A stretch of 64,000 nt of DNA from an uncultured Atopobium sp. (GCA_916715765.1 CAKAPG010000003.1:4125-68124), one strand, 5' to 3'. Shown: positions 49,391 through 59,946, counted from the first letter of the stretch. The notes: a model not told the origin generated them from the letters alone. Numbers and translations are program-made.

Positions 49391-49774
49391 ATGGCACAAA
49401 AAATTGTTGAGCTTTCCGCTCCAGCAGATCCAACATTTGCTCGTTCAGTCAGAATGATGGCTGCTAATCTTGCCGTTTTGTGCAAGATGAATGTTGATGA
49501 GCTCGAAGACGTCAAAATGGCCGCTGAAGAGGGCTTTGTCTTTGCATGTGGCACTCAAAATGAATCCGTAGATATTACGTTTACCCTCGAAGACAATGCT
49601 ATGGCTATTGACTTTGATTTGGGTGATGAAGATCCAGTTGAGTCTGAGACAGATAATTCTCAGCCACTTGAGCTTGTAGAGCTACTGCTCTCTGCTATTT
49701 GTGACCAGTTTGAGCTCAGTGACGACGGTTACACACTTCATCTTGTGAAGATTTCTGGCGGTGCACATGCCTAA
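49391..49774 (+). CDS. RsbW-like anti-sigma factor, degenerate
   Basis: LSAPADPTFARSVR...ELEDVKMAAEE, ...AICDQF...LHLVK; overlaps the sigma-factor start. Confidence 0.75.
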   Translation: MAQKIVELSAPADPTFARSVRMMAANLAVLCKMNVDELEDVKMAAEEGFVFACGTQNESVDITFTLEDNAMAIDFDLGDEDPVESETDNSQPLELVELLLSAICDQFELSDDGYTLHLVKISGGAHA

Positions 49775-50621
49775 ACCTGAAGCAAACGAGACAGTACAGG
49801 CATCTGCAGAAGAGCAGAAAGCCGCAAGAAGAGCTGCTCGTCGTGCTTCTAAAGGTACCCCGGCCTGGGATAAAGATAGAACACGCCAGCTCTTTGCCCA
49901 ATATAAAGAAACAAAAGATCCTGAGGTAAGAGACCAGCTCATTGTGAGTCACTTAAACCTCGTGCGTTTTTTGGCTTCTAAGTTCAAAAACCGTGGAGAA
50001 CCCCTTGATGATTTGATTCAGGTGGGAACCATTGGACTTATCAAAGCAATTGATAGGTTTGAGCCTGATCGTGGTCTTGAATTTACAACGTATGCAACGC
50101 CAACCATCATGGGAGAAATTAAGCGTCACTTCCGCGATAAAGGCTGGTCAGTACGTGTTCCTCGACGTCTGCAGGAGCTTTCGTCCAAGATAAATCAGGT
50201 TACTGATGACTTGACTAAAGAGCTGCAAAGAAGCCCTTCAATTGAAGAGATTGCCCAGCGTCTTGATACTAATGTTGAAGAGGTTCTTGAGGCTATGGAG
50301 TCTTCCAGTGCTTATAGCTCTGTTCCTCTTGAGGGAGGCGGCTCTGGCGCTGATGGAGACGAGACTCCTTCAATCATTGATCAGTATGTAACCGAAGATG
50401 AAGATCTTGCTGGTTCAGATGACCGCATTGTTCTTGAAGAGGCTATCAGGGATTTCTCTCCACGAGAGCAAGAGATTATCCGCATGCGTTTTGTCGAAGG
50501 CCTTACCCAGGTTGAGATTGCGGAGAAACTCAACATCTCTCAGGTGCAGGTTTCAAGGCTGCTTCGTCGCACTTTAAAGCGTATTCAAGAAAAGATTGAC
50601 CCAGAAAGTGTGAATCGTTAA
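49767..50621 (+). CDS. SigB/SigF/SigG family RNA polymerase sigma factor
   Basis: DDLIQVGTIGLIKAIDRF, YATPTIMGEIKRHFRDKGWSVRVPRRLQE, TQVEIA...SQVQVSRL. Confidence 0.95.
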   Translation: MPKPEANETVQASAEEQKAARRAARRASKGTPAWDKDRTRQLFAQYKETKDPEVRDQLIVSHLNLVRFLASKFKNRGEPLDDLIQVGTIGLIKAIDRFEPDRGLEFTTYATPTIMGEIKRHFRDKGWSVRVPRRLQELSSKINQVTDDLTKELQRSPSIEEIAQRLDTNVEEVLEAMESSSAYSSVPLEGGGSGADGDETPSIIDQYVTEDEDLAGSDDRIVLEEAIRDFSPREQEIIRMRFVEGLTQVEIAEKLNISQVQVSRLLRRTLKRIQEKIDPESVNR

Positions 50622-52003
50622 TGGATCAAAAGCACCAAAACTTTTCTGATTCAGTTCAAAAATGGAAACAGCGTGGCTTAATGGTGTGGACAGCTATTGG
50701 TCTGGCTGCATTGTTCGCGCTTGCACTGCATGTTCTTGGCATCCTGGGACAGGCTGTTGAGCTGCTAGCCATTGGTGCTATTGTTGCGTTTGTCTGTAGT
50801 CCTGTTACCAATTGGCTTGAAGACAGGGGAGTGCCTCGTGGCCTTTCCGCTCTTATTGCGCTTGTTCTTACGCTCATTGTGCTGGTAGTATTTTTGATTT
50901 TGATTGCGCAGCCATTGGTATTTGAGCTTACTACGCTACTTAGAAACGCTCCTTCGTATGCAACTCAAATAGGAGCAATGGCAAGGGAGTTTTGGCAGAA
51001 CTTTGACACTCAAAGTAACCCTGCTGTTAGACAGACAGTAGAACTTGCAATTGAACAGGCATCAAGTATTGGAATATCAGTTGCTTCTGGTATTTTGAGT
51101 TGGCTTTCTACATCTGCTTTAGGCAATATCTCTTCTATGGCAAACCAACTCATGGTCTTCTTCTTAGGCCTAGTGCTTGCCTATTGGTTGGCTAAAGATT
51201 ATCCAGTTATTGTCCGTGAGATGGCTATTATTGCTGGTCCTCAAAAAGAGAATGAGTTCAGACTTATTCTTGCAATCTTAAGTAGATCTACCAGTGGATA
51301 TATGCGAGGCACTATCATTACCTCTGCGGTTAATGGCATTCTTGTGTACTTTGGGTGTCTGATTTTAGGCAACCCTTATGCCGCTCTTATTGGCATGGTT
51401 ACAGGAATCTTCCATATTATTCCTGTAGTTGGACCGGTTTTCTCGGCAGGTATTGCTCTTATTTTAAGTATTTTGGTAGACCCCATCATGACCGTATGGA
51501 CCATTGTTATTTTGATGGTTGCACAAAACCTTGTTGATAATGTGCTTTCACCTTTGGTTATGGCAACAAGTGTCAAAGTGCACCCGGGTCTCTCTCTGTT
51601 GGGAATTGTCATTGGCAGCACTCTTGGAGGAGTGGTTGGAACTATTCTTGCCATACCTTTGACAGCAGCACTAAGGGGCATCTTTGTGTACTTCTTTGAG
51701 AAGTATTCAGGCAGACAGATTGTCTCGCCAAATGGCGCGCTTTTTAATTCAACGCAGTATGTGGATGAGTCTGGAGCTATTCTGCCAGAGTATGATGCCC
51801 TAGATGACCCAAAGTTCTTTGAGGAATCGCGTCTTGTTGATCAAGACACTACGGCTCATGTGCGCAGCAAGTCTTCAGCTCCCGCACCCAAGATTCTTGG
51901 ACATGATTTTTCTCAGTTACTTTTTAGGAATACTCAAGAAGTTACTAAGGAACCAGATAAACCATCGTCAGATGCGGTAGACTCAGACAGTACAAAAGAG
52001 TAG
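50621..52003 (+). CDS. AI-2E family transporter
   Basis: PVTNWLE, IPVVGP, QNLVDNVLSP, VHP, LAIP. Confidence 0.9.
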   Translation: MDQKHQNFSDSVQKWKQRGLMVWTAIGLAALFALALHVLGILGQAVELLAIGAIVAFVCSPVTNWLEDRGVPRGLSALIALVLTLIVLVVFLILIAQPLVFELTTLLRNAPSYATQIGAMAREFWQNFDTQSNPAVRQTVELAIEQASSIGISVASGILSWLSTSALGNISSMANQLMVFFLGLVLAYWLAKDYPVIVREMAIIAGPQKENEFRLILAILSRSTSGYMRGTIITSAVNGILVYFGCLILGNPYAALIGMVTGIFHIIPVVGPVFSAGIALILSILVDPIMTVWTIVILMVAQNLVDNVLSPLVMATSVKVHPGLSLLGIVIGSTLGGVVGTILAIPLTAALRGIFVYFFEKYSGRQIVSPNGALFNSTQYVDESGAILPEYDALDDPKFFEESRLVDQDTTAHVRSKSSAPAPKILGHDFSQLLFRNTQEVTKEPDKPSSDAVDSDSTKE

Positions 52004-52028
52004 TTATTTGAATACGGAGAAGTACTTT

Positions 52029-54674
52029 ATGGCTGACTATAAAACAATGACAACAGCAGAGATTCGCGAGGACTTCCTAAGCTTCTTTGAGAGCAAGGGT
52101 TGCAAGCGCTACCCTTCTTCATCTCTGGTGCCTTCTGATCCTTCGCTGCTTCTTGCTAATGCTGGCATGAACCAGTTCAAGGAATATTACCAGGGCATCA
52201 AGACTATGAAGGAGATTGGCGCAACTTCCTGCCAGAAGTGCCTTCGTACTAACGATATTGACAACATTGGCGACTCTCGCCATCTCTCATTCTTCGAGAT
52301 GCTGGGTAACTTCTCCTTTGGTGGTTACACCAAGCGCGATGCATGTACCTGGGCAATGGAGTTTATTTCTTCTCCAGAGCACCTTGGCCTGCCTCTTGAT
52401 CGCCTGTACTTTACTGTTTTTACTGACGACGATGAGGCAATTGAGATCTGGAAGTCTCTTGGCGTAGCAGAAGACCACATCACCCGTCTGGGCGAGGAGG
52501 ACAACTTCTGGGCAGCTGGTCCAACTGGTCCTTGCGGTCCTTGCTCCGAGATTTACTTTGACCAGGGTCCTGAGTTTGAGGGAGAGGCCCCTGGAGACGA
52601 TGGCGACCGTTACCTTGAGTTCTGGAACCTCGTCTTTACTCAGTTTGACCGCCAGGAAGATGGTTCTCTACCTGAGCTTCCTCACCGCAACATCGATACC
52701 GGCATGGGCCTTGAGCGTATTGCAGCTATCATGCAGCATGAGGGCACCAACTACGAGGGTGACATCATGCGTTCCCTCATTTCTTTGGGCGAGAAACTCT
52801 CTGGTAAAAAGTATCACACAACTGACGAGATTGACCGCAGCTTGCGCATTCTTGCAGACCACTCCCGTGCAGTTACCTTTATGATTGGCGACGGTATTCT
52901 CCCTGGTAATGAGGGCAGAAGCTACATCCTTCGCCGCCTGCTCCGTCGCGCTGTCTACCACGGCCGCTTGCTGGGCATCCAGGGCACCTTCATGGCAGAG
53001 TACGCACATGAGGTTGCCGTTCTGCTTGGCGCAGAATACCCAGAGCTTGTCGAGAAGAGCGCTCTTATCGACGGCATTTTGACCGCAGAAGAGGAGCGCT
53101 TTGGCGCTACGCTTGACGCAGGCGAGTCCAAGCTCACCGCTGAGCTTGAGCAGCTTGAGGATGGCGCTCAGCTTTCCGGTGAGGTTGCATTCCTTCTGCA
53201 CGATACCTACGGATTCCCTATTGATCTTACTCGTGAGATTGCTGCAAATGCAGGTCACGTTGTTGACATGGACGCCTTTGACGCTGCAATGACAGAGCAG
53301 CGCGAGCGTGCTCGTGCATCTGCTAACCGCGATGCCTGGGGTAATGCTCAGAGCGTCTGGGTTGCACTCTCTGACCGCCTCGATGAGACCGTCTTTGACG
53401 GCTACGACAACAACGAGCTCTCTGGCGTTCGTGTTGTTGCCCTTGTTCAGGACGGACAGGAGGTTGAGTCCGCTGCTGCAGGCTCTGAGGTTGAGGTTGT
53501 ACTTGACCGTACGCCTTTCTATGCAGAGATGGGCGGTCAGGTTGGTGACACCGGCAAGCTGACAGCTCCTGGTCTCTATGTTCACGTCACTGACACCAAA
53601 CATCGCGACGGCGGACTTGAGTCCCACGTTGGCGTGGTAGAGGAGGGCACCATCTCCGTTGGTGACTCTGTCACCGCAACCATTGATGCTGGCCGCCGTG
53701 AGCTTATCCGCCGCAACCACACGGCAACTCACCTGCTTGACGCAGCACTCAAGAAGGTTCTGGGAGATCACGTTAACCAGGCTGGTTCTCTTGTTGCCCC
53801 AGATCGTATGCGCTTTGACTTTACGCACTTTGAGGCTCTTACCAAAGATGAGCTTGATCGCATTGAAGGCATGGTCAACGCAGAAATCTTTGCTGCTAAG
53901 CCTGTTGTCACTCAGATCATGAGCATCGAAGATGCAAAGGCTGCTGGTGCTGTTGCCCTCTTTGGCGAGAAGTACGGCGATGTTGTACGTGTTGTTTCTG
54001 CTGGCGCAGAAGATGCTCCATTCTCTCGCGAGCTCTGTGGCGGTACTCATGCACGCAACACTGCTGACCTTGGCCTCTTCAAGATTATTTCTGAGAGCTC
54101 CGTCGGTTCTAACTCAAGGCGTATTGAGGCTGTAACCTCTATGGGCGCTATTGAGTACGTTGATGAGCGTCTGGCTCAGCTTGATGAGGTTGCTGCAGCT
54201 CTGAAGGTTCGTCCTTCCGCTGTTGCAGACCGCGTTGAGCAGCTGCAGCAGGACCTTCGCACTGCAAACCATAAGCTTGAGGCTGCTCTTACTGGAGCAG
54301 GTAGCAACCAGGTAGCAGAAGCACTTAAGTCTGCTGTTCAGCTTAACGGCTATAGCTGCGTAATTGCTAAGCTTGAGGGCCTTTCTGGCAAAGAGCTCCG
54401 CTCTGCATGGGATGGTATCCGCGATGCATCTGACGGCCAGCCTGTTGCTTGCGTCATCGCATCCGCAACCGCTGACGGTAAGGTTTCTCTGCTTGCAGGT
54501 GCAACTGATTCTGCAGTTGCAGCGGGTTTCTCGGCAGGAGACATTGTCAAAGAGATTGCAGAGCTTGTTGGTGGTCGCGGTGGCGGCAAGCCAGCAATGG
54601 CACAGGCAGGCGGTTCAAATGCTGCAGGAATTGACGCAGCACTTGAGGCTGCAAGAACAAAGCTTGGTGCGTAA
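52029..54674 (+). CDS. alaS: Alanine--tRNA ligase
   Basis: ANAGMNQFK, FFEMLGNFSFG, GPCGPCSE, IDTGMGLER, NHTATH, ELCGGTH, GGRGGG. Confidence 0.98.
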   Translation: MADYKTMTTAEIREDFLSFFESKGCKRYPSSSLVPSDPSLLLANAGMNQFKEYYQGIKTMKEIGATSCQKCLRTNDIDNIGDSRHLSFFEMLGNFSFGGYTKRDACTWAMEFISSPEHLGLPLDRLYFTVFTDDDEAIEIWKSLGVAEDHITRLGEEDNFWAAGPTGPCGPCSEIYFDQGPEFEGEAPGDDGDRYLEFWNLVFTQFDRQEDGSLPELPHRNIDTGMGLERIAAIMQHEGTNYEGDIMRSLISLGEKLSGKKYHTTDEIDRSLRILADHSRAVTFMIGDGILPGNEGRSYILRRLLRRAVYHGRLLGIQGTFMAEYAHEVAVLLGAEYPELVEKSALIDGILTAEEERFGATLDAGESKLTAELEQLEDGAQLSGEVAFLLHDTYGFPIDLTREIAANAGHVVDMDAFDAAMTEQRERARASANRDAWGNAQSVWVALSDRLDETVFDGYDNNELSGVRVVALVQDGQEVESAAAGSEVEVVLDRTPFYAEMGGQVGDTGKLTAPGLYVHVTDTKHRDGGLESHVGVVEEGTISVGDSVTATIDAGRRELIRRNHTATHLLDAALKKVLGDHVNQAGSLVAPDRMRFDFTHFEALTKDELDRIEGMVNAEIFAAKPVVTQIMSIEDAKAAGAVALFGEKYGDVVRVVSAGAEDAPFSRELCGGTHARNTADLGLFKIISESSVGSNSRRIEAVTSMGAIEYVDERLAQLDEVAAALKVRPSAVADRVEQLQQDLRTANHKLEAALTGAGSNQVAEALKSAVQLNGYSCVIAKLEGLSGKELRSAWDGIRDASDGQPVACVIASATADGKVSLLAGATDSAVAAGFSAGDIVKEIAELVGGRGGGKPAMAQAGGSNAAGIDAALEAARTKLGA

Positions 54675-54677
54675 CGT

Positions 54678-55100
54678 TTGCGCGTTTTAGCTCTAGATAT
54701 TGGTGAAGTTCGCATCGGGGTTGCTGTAAGTGACCCCGATGGTTCTATTGCGTCGCCCGTTTGTGTGCTTCCTGCACAAGAGGTACTCTCACATGCACGC
54801 ACATTTAAAGCTGTGCTTGAGGATTGGGAGCCAGAACTGCTTTTGTGCGGTCGTCCTAAAACGCTCGCCGGCGAAGATGGACCACAGGCCCAAAAAATTA
54901 CCGCTCAAGCTGAGCAAATTGCGAAGAACTGCCAACTTCCATTAGAATTTACTGACGAAAGACTTTCTTCTGCGGAAGCAAAGAAGATTCTTCGAGCGCA
55001 AGGTTTATCTGAAAAAGCCATGCGTGGAAAAGTTGACATGGTTGCTGCTTCGCTCTTTTTGCAATCATGGCTTGATGCACAGATGAATAAGGGAGACTAA
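54678..55100 (+). CDS. ruvX: Holliday junction resolvase RuvX / YqgF
   Basis: LALDIGEVRIGVAVSD, DERLSS, VDMVAA; TTG start. Confidence 0.93.
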   Translation: MRVLALDIGEVRIGVAVSDPDGSIASPVCVLPAQEVLSHARTFKAVLEDWEPELLLCGRPKTLAGEDGPQAQKITAQAEQIAKNCQLPLEFTDERLSSAEAKKILRAQGLSEKAMRGKVDMVAASLFLQSWLDAQMNKGD

Positions 55101-56411
55101 ATGCCCACCCTATCCAATGGTTCTTCTCCGCGTCGTCAGGGCGCACATTTTTCTTCTCCTGTACCAGAAGGACAGGCTCAGGAAGAGCAGGCTCAGCAGG
55201 AACAGATCACGCAACCTTCTGTTGAGGCTACAGGATCGCTACCTGCACTTACTGGTGGCAAGCTTTCTTCAAGAAGCGCTCAAGTCACTCATATGGCAAA
55301 GAACAAGCAGGTAAAGCATAGAGATAAGAAGGCTTCAAAGCGTTCTCGTATTTTTGCGGCACTTATCGCTTTTATCATGGTTGCGGTCCTTGGCATCTTT
55401 GTATGGAAAGTAGCGCTTCCAGAGCTTTCTCGCGCCAATTCCGATACACAAGAAATTACCGCTGGTCAGCAAGTTACCGTTACTATTCCAGATGGCGCTG
55501 GTGCTCAGGAAGTAGCAAAGATTCTTTTTGAGAACAAAATTATTGCTACTAAGAGTGAGTTCTTAAACCAGGTAAAGCGTCAGGATGCTGAGCAGAAAAT
55601 CAAGAGCGGTATCTATGTTATTACCACTGGTACCAAGCCAGCAGACATCGTTCACCTGCTTATTTCTGGTCCTAATGCTCCTGGTAGTGGCTTTGTCGTA
55701 CCAGAAGGCTATACCGTTTCTCAGGTTGCGGATTTGGTTCAGGACTACTTTGGTATTTCTCGCGATGATTTCTTGAATCAGGCAAAAGCATCCAATTATG
55801 TTGCTGACTATCCGTTCCTTGCTGGCGCGGTAGACGCTAACGATTCTCTTGAGGGCTACCTGTTTCCTAAGACGTATACCTTTACAGAAAGCAACGTAAC
55901 TGCCGATACGGTCATTCGTGCCATGCTTGATCAGTTTAAGATAGAGACAGCTAATCTTAATCTTGACGCTGCTCGCATTACGCTCAATAAGCGTTACAAC
56001 TTGAATCTTACTAACGAGCAAATCATTACCATGGCATCTATCATTGAGCGAGAAGCCCTGACTGATGAGGATCGTCCTAAGGTTGCATCTGTCTTCTACA
56101 ATCGTCTGTATGACGATATGTACCTGCAGAGTGACGCAACTCTTGCCTATTCTCTGGGTAGGGAAGCTACTGCAGAAGAGCTCAGCTCAATGACAAGTGA
56201 CCCGTACAACACCTATGCATTTAAGGGTTTGACTCCTACGCCTATTTGCTCTCCAGGTTATGCCTCCATTAAGGCAGCTATGGATCCAGCAGCAACCAAT
56301 TATTACTACTTCTGGATTACCTCCGATGAGCACGTCTTCTCGGAGACCTATGACGAGCATCAGCAAGCTATTGAAAACGCACGCGAGCGTGAAGCCGCAA
56401 GCAAGCAATAG
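55101..56411 (+). CDS. mltG: Endolytic transglycosylase MltG
   Basis: PEG, LEGYLFPKTY, ASIIERE, VFYNRL, LQSDAT, PYNTY...GLTPTPI. Confidence 0.94.
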   Translation: MPTLSNGSSPRRQGAHFSSPVPEGQAQEEQAQQEQITQPSVEATGSLPALTGGKLSSRSAQVTHMAKNKQVKHRDKKASKRSRIFAALIAFIMVAVLGIFVWKVALPELSRANSDTQEITAGQQVTVTIPDGAGAQEVAKILFENKIIATKSEFLNQVKRQDAEQKIKSGIYVITTGTKPADIVHLLISGPNAPGSGFVVPEGYTVSQVADLVQDYFGISRDDFLNQAKASNYVADYPFLAGAVDANDSLEGYLFPKTYTFTESNVTADTVIRAMLDQFKIETANLNLDAARITLNKRYNLNLTNEQIITMASIIEREALTDEDRPKVASVFYNRLYDDMYLQSDATLAYSLGREATAEELSSMTSDPYNTYAFKGLTPTPICSPGYASIKAAMDPAATNYYYFWITSDEHVFSETYDEHQQAIENAREREAASKQ

Positions 56412-56420
56412 TTGGTGTCT

Positions 56421-56918
56421 ATGAGCTTGATTAAAGCAACACAATACGTTTCTGCTGTTGAGCATATCTCTATAGAGAATCTTGTTCAGCAGGGGATTAA
56501 GCTTGTGCTCTTAGATCGCGATAATACCTGTGTGCCTCGAGACACCAAGACGGTGCCGCCAGCGGTATCTGCTTGGTTTGAGAAGGCTCATGCGGCTGGA
56601 TTAACGCTCTGTCTTATCTCAAATAACATTCACCTCAATGAGGTTCAGCGTAGCGCTCATGAGCTGGGAATTGAGGGAGAAGGCTTTGCTTGCAAACCGC
56701 TTCCTCGCGCGCTAACTGCTGCTATGAAGCGTTTCTCGGCAACTAAAGAGCAAACCGTGATGGTGGGAGACCAGATTTTTACCGATGTTATTGCAGGTAA
56801 TTTGGCTGGTGTTTCAACTATTTTAGTAAAGCCGCAGTCCAATGAGGATCTTTGGTACACCAATATCATTCGTCACGTAGAGCGCCGCATTTTAAAAAAT
56901 GTAACTTTTACGTCATAA
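56421..56918 (+). CDS. YqeG family HAD IIIA phosphatase
   Basis: LDRDNT, ISNN, KP, VGDQIFTDV. Confidence 0.9.
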   Translation: MSLIKATQYVSAVEHISIENLVQQGIKLVLLDRDNTCVPRDTKTVPPAVSAWFEKAHAAGLTLCLISNNIHLNEVQRSAHELGIEGEGFACKPLPRALTAAMKRFSATKEQTVMVGDQIFTDVIAGNLAGVSTILVKPQSNEDLWYTNIIRHVERRILKNVTFTS

Positions 56919-56982
56919 CAAGACGGCTTTAGTTTACTTGCTCCAACTCGATGATAGAATCATCTTGAAAGGCTGGAGGAGT

Positions 56983-57531
56983 ATGGAGCTTCGCGATTCA
57001 AGATACGTTGTACATGAGGGCTGTGATCATATCTTTTTTGTAGGCTTTCTGGGCGCCGGAAAGTCCACACTTGCACGTAATTTGGGCGAGCTGTTTCACC
57101 GTCGTTATGTTGACACCGATCGCCTAGCAGAGCGTATAGCAGGTAAATCACTGGCAGAAATCTACGAAGATGACGGTGAAGAGCTTTTTAGGCAGGCAGA
57201 AACTGAGGTTTTGCACACGCTTAAGTCTAAGAAGTCACTGCTCGTAAGCTGTGGCGGTGGAATTGTCGAGAAGGACGTCAATCTTGCGCTTATGCGTGAG
57301 ATGGGGGTCATTGTGTTTCTCGACGGCGATCTTTCTGATTCGCTTCGTCAAATTCAGCGCACGGATAGGCGTCCTGATCTGGGAAGCTTTGAAAACGCTA
57401 CTCAGCTCTATAGACGCCTGCGTCCACGTTATGAGGCCGCTGCTGATATTACTATTGATATTCGTGAGAAAACGTTTGAGCAGGTAGCCATTGATTCTGG
57501 CAAGCTGCTTTGGGAAAGAGGTCTTCTATGA
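56983..57531 (+). CDS. aroK: Shikimate kinase
   Basis: GFLGAGKST, DTD, GEELFRQAE, CGGG, RP; ATG after GGAGGA. Confidence 0.9.
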   Translation: MELRDSRYVVHEGCDHIFFVGFLGAGKSTLARNLGELFHRRYVDTDRLAERIAGKSLAEIYEDDGEELFRQAETEVLHTLKSKKSLLVSCGGGIVEKDVNLALMREMGVIVFLDGDLSDSLRQIQRTDRRPDLGSFENATQLYRRLRPRYEAAADITIDIREKTFEQVAIDSGKLLWERGLL

Positions 57532-58664
57532 GTGACAATGTTCAGGCTGAGCTTGAAGAGGAATTGCCACCTGTTCAGATTAAACAGTGGGTTTCTATTC
57601 CTGGCGGCTCTATTGCACTTCGTTCTGGTGCCGGCGTTCTTTCAAACTTTGGTACTGAGCTCAGAACCGCAGTGGGAAGACCTCATCGCTGTGCTTTTCT
57701 TGTCAGCAATCAGGTAGACGAAGACCTTGCTGAGCTGCTGCGTAGAGACCTCACCACCATCGGTTTTCTCGTCACACGTGTAGATGTAGAAGATGGCGAG
57801 GCAGCAACTACGGTGGCAGCTGAGGCACAGGTATTGTCTGCTTTGGCAGAAATGCACCTGACAGCTGATGATCTGGTAGTTGCCGTGGGCCACGAGGGCG
57901 TCATTTCTCTTGCTAACCACGTGGCAAACAAGTGGTGTGGGGGAGTTTCCCTTGCTACTGTTCCACTTGATTTAGCAGCAGTTATTGTCTCGTCTATTAC
58001 TCCTCGCGCGCTTGATACTGACGCTGAACATCAGCGTCTTGTTACCACTAAGCCTTGTGCTCGTTTCTGCTTTGCAGATCTTGAGGTTATGGACCTTTGC
58101 GATGACAACGCTAAGGTTGCCCAGGTATGTATGGTTGCAACGGCTATGTCTGATAACGAGGCGGAATTTGGTCGCATTTGGGATAGAGCAGATAACCTCT
58201 CCTCTGGAGTTGCCGATATAGTTGCAGAACAGCTGGCAGAGTCTACTAAGACCCGTGGCCGCCTTTCTGATTCTTCCGCTATTGCTATTCAGCAGTCTGT
58301 TCCTTACGGTTGGGTTTTTGTGGAGGCACTTCGCCCGCTCATTCCAGCTGATCAGCCTCTTTCTGCACTTTATGCAGACGCACTGCGTTTCTCGGCAAGA
58401 ATCGCGGTAGCTAAAGAGGCGCTTTCTTTTGACGATATGCTTGCCCAAGACGAGATTCTTGAGCGCTTGAATATTGGCTTTGTTACCTGTGACATTACTT
58501 CTGAGCAGCTTATCGAAGCGCTCAAACAGGAATGTTTCCGTTCTACTAATCGTTTTATGTTGCCGATTCCAATGTCTATTGGAAGGGTAAGATTAGCATC
58601 GGTCGACGAGGAACTTCTCGCCGAGCATGCCCGCGCTTGGTGTGAGGCTCACGCTTCGCATTAA
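57528..58664 (+). CDS. 3-dehydroquinate synthase-like protein with a degenerate active site
   Basis: Position after aroK, length and residual pattern (VEDGE, LTADDLVVAVG, FMLP...IG) fit AroB, but the catalytic motifs are missing. Confidence 0.7.
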   Translation: MSDNVQAELEEELPPVQIKQWVSIPGGSIALRSGAGVLSNFGTELRTAVGRPHRCAFLVSNQVDEDLAELLRRDLTTIGFLVTRVDVEDGEAATTVAAEAQVLSALAEMHLTADDLVVAVGHEGVISLANHVANKWCGGVSLATVPLDLAAVIVSSITPRALDTDAEHQRLVTTKPCARFCFADLEVMDLCDDNAKVAQVCMVATAMSDNEAEFGRIWDRADNLSSGVADIVAEQLAESTKTRGRLSDSSAIAIQQSVPYGWVFVEALRPLIPADQPLSALYADALRFSARIAVAKEALSFDDMLAQDEILERLNIGFVTCDITSEQLIEALKQECFRSTNRFMLPIPMSIGRVRLASVDEELLAEHARAWCEAHASH

Positions 58665-58755
58665 AGCGTCGCATCTTGCAGTAAGGAGCCTGTTTGCTGA
58701 GGCGACACCACAAGGTGCAACTCTTTGTTGTAAACATCTCGAGAAGGGATTTGAA

Positions 58756-59880
58756 ATGGCAGATCTACAGGCAGCAGCAAAGCGCGTTGCGCGCTTTCGC
58801 GAGGTAATGGCTCAGAGGGGTTACGACGCTGTTGTTCTACGTCACAACCCAGACCTTCGTTGGTTGACTGACGCTGAGCGTGTCTTTGACTTTGAGCAGG
58901 CACATACTGCATTTATTACGCAGGATGAGCTCTTCATGCACACTGACTCTCGTTACTACAACACATTCCTGGAGCGCCTTGGTGCTGATTCTCCATGGAA
59001 GTTTGACCAGGAAGTCACTACCCCTACTGAGTGGGTTGCCGCTCATATTGCTGAGGCTCGTGCTCGCGTAGTTGCTATTGAGGACACCGTTGATCTTGCG
59101 TTCTTTGATGGCCTTGAGCAGGCATTACGTGATCGTTCTGTTGCTGCTTTGCTTCCACGCATGCATGGTGATATTGCTGAGCTGCGTATTGTTAAAGACC
59201 CAGCTGAGATTGAGCTTATGAAGCACGCTCAGTCAATTACTGACAAGGCGTTCCTCCACATCTGCGAGTACATCAAGCCTGGCCTCACTGAGCAGCAGAT
59301 CCGTGCAGAGCTTGAGAACTACATGCTCTCCAACGGCGCAGATGCTCTGTCCTTTGATTCCATCATTGCTTCTGGTCCTAATGGTGCTAATCCTCACGCT
59401 CAGCCAGGTGAGCGCGTAGTTCAGACAGGCGACATGATTGTTATGGACTACGGTGCGGGCTACCTGGATTACCACTCAGACATGACCCGTACCGTTGTTG
59501 TTGGTGCACCTTCCGAGGAGCAGCAACACGTCTTTGACGTTGTTCGCAAAGCAAATGAGACGTGCGCTGCAGCTATCCATGCAGGCGTAACTGGCTCTGA
59601 CATTCACAACCTTGCAGTCAAGGTTATCTCTGAGGCTGGTTACGGCGAGTACTTTGGTCACGGTCTTGGCCACGGTGTTGGCGTTGAGATTCACGAGCGT
59701 CCATTCTTCAACCCACGCTGGAACAAGGTTATTGCAGCAGGTTCTGTTGTTACCGATGAGCCTGGCATTTACCTGCCTGGCAAGTTTGGTATCCGTCTTG
59801 AAGACTTTGGTGTTGTTACTGAGAACGGCTACGATGTCTTTACTCAGTCCACACACGATCTTGTGTCTGTTGGCTGCTAA
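58756..59880 (+). CDS. Xaa-Pro aminopeptidase (M24 family)
   Basis: TDSRY, SFDSIIASG, PH, DYG...SDMTRT, HGLGHGVG, EPGIY, RLED. Confidence 0.93.
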   Translation: MADLQAAAKRVARFREVMAQRGYDAVVLRHNPDLRWLTDAERVFDFEQAHTAFITQDELFMHTDSRYYNTFLERLGADSPWKFDQEVTTPTEWVAAHIAEARARVVAIEDTVDLAFFDGLEQALRDRSVAALLPRMHGDIAELRIVKDPAEIELMKHAQSITDKAFLHICEYIKPGLTEQQIRAELENYMLSNGADALSFDSIIASGPNGANPHAQPGERVVQTGDMIVMDYGAGYLDYHSDMTRTVVVGAPSEEQQHVFDVVRKANETCAAAIHAGVTGSDIHNLAVKVISEAGYGEYFGHGLGHGVGVEIHERPFFNPRWNKVIAAGSVVTDEPGIYLPGKFGIRLEDFGVVTENGYDVFTQSTHDLVSVGC

Positions 59881-59903
59881 TTAGCTACGATATACAGAAT
59901 TTT

Positions 59904-59941
59904 TGCGGTCAGAAGCTCTATGTTTCTGGCCGCATTTTTTT
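59904..59941 (+). terminator. Rho-independent terminator
   Basis: TGCGGTCAGAAGC...GTTTCTGGCCGCA followed by a T run. Confidence 0.75.
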
Positions 59942-59946
59942 GTTCG

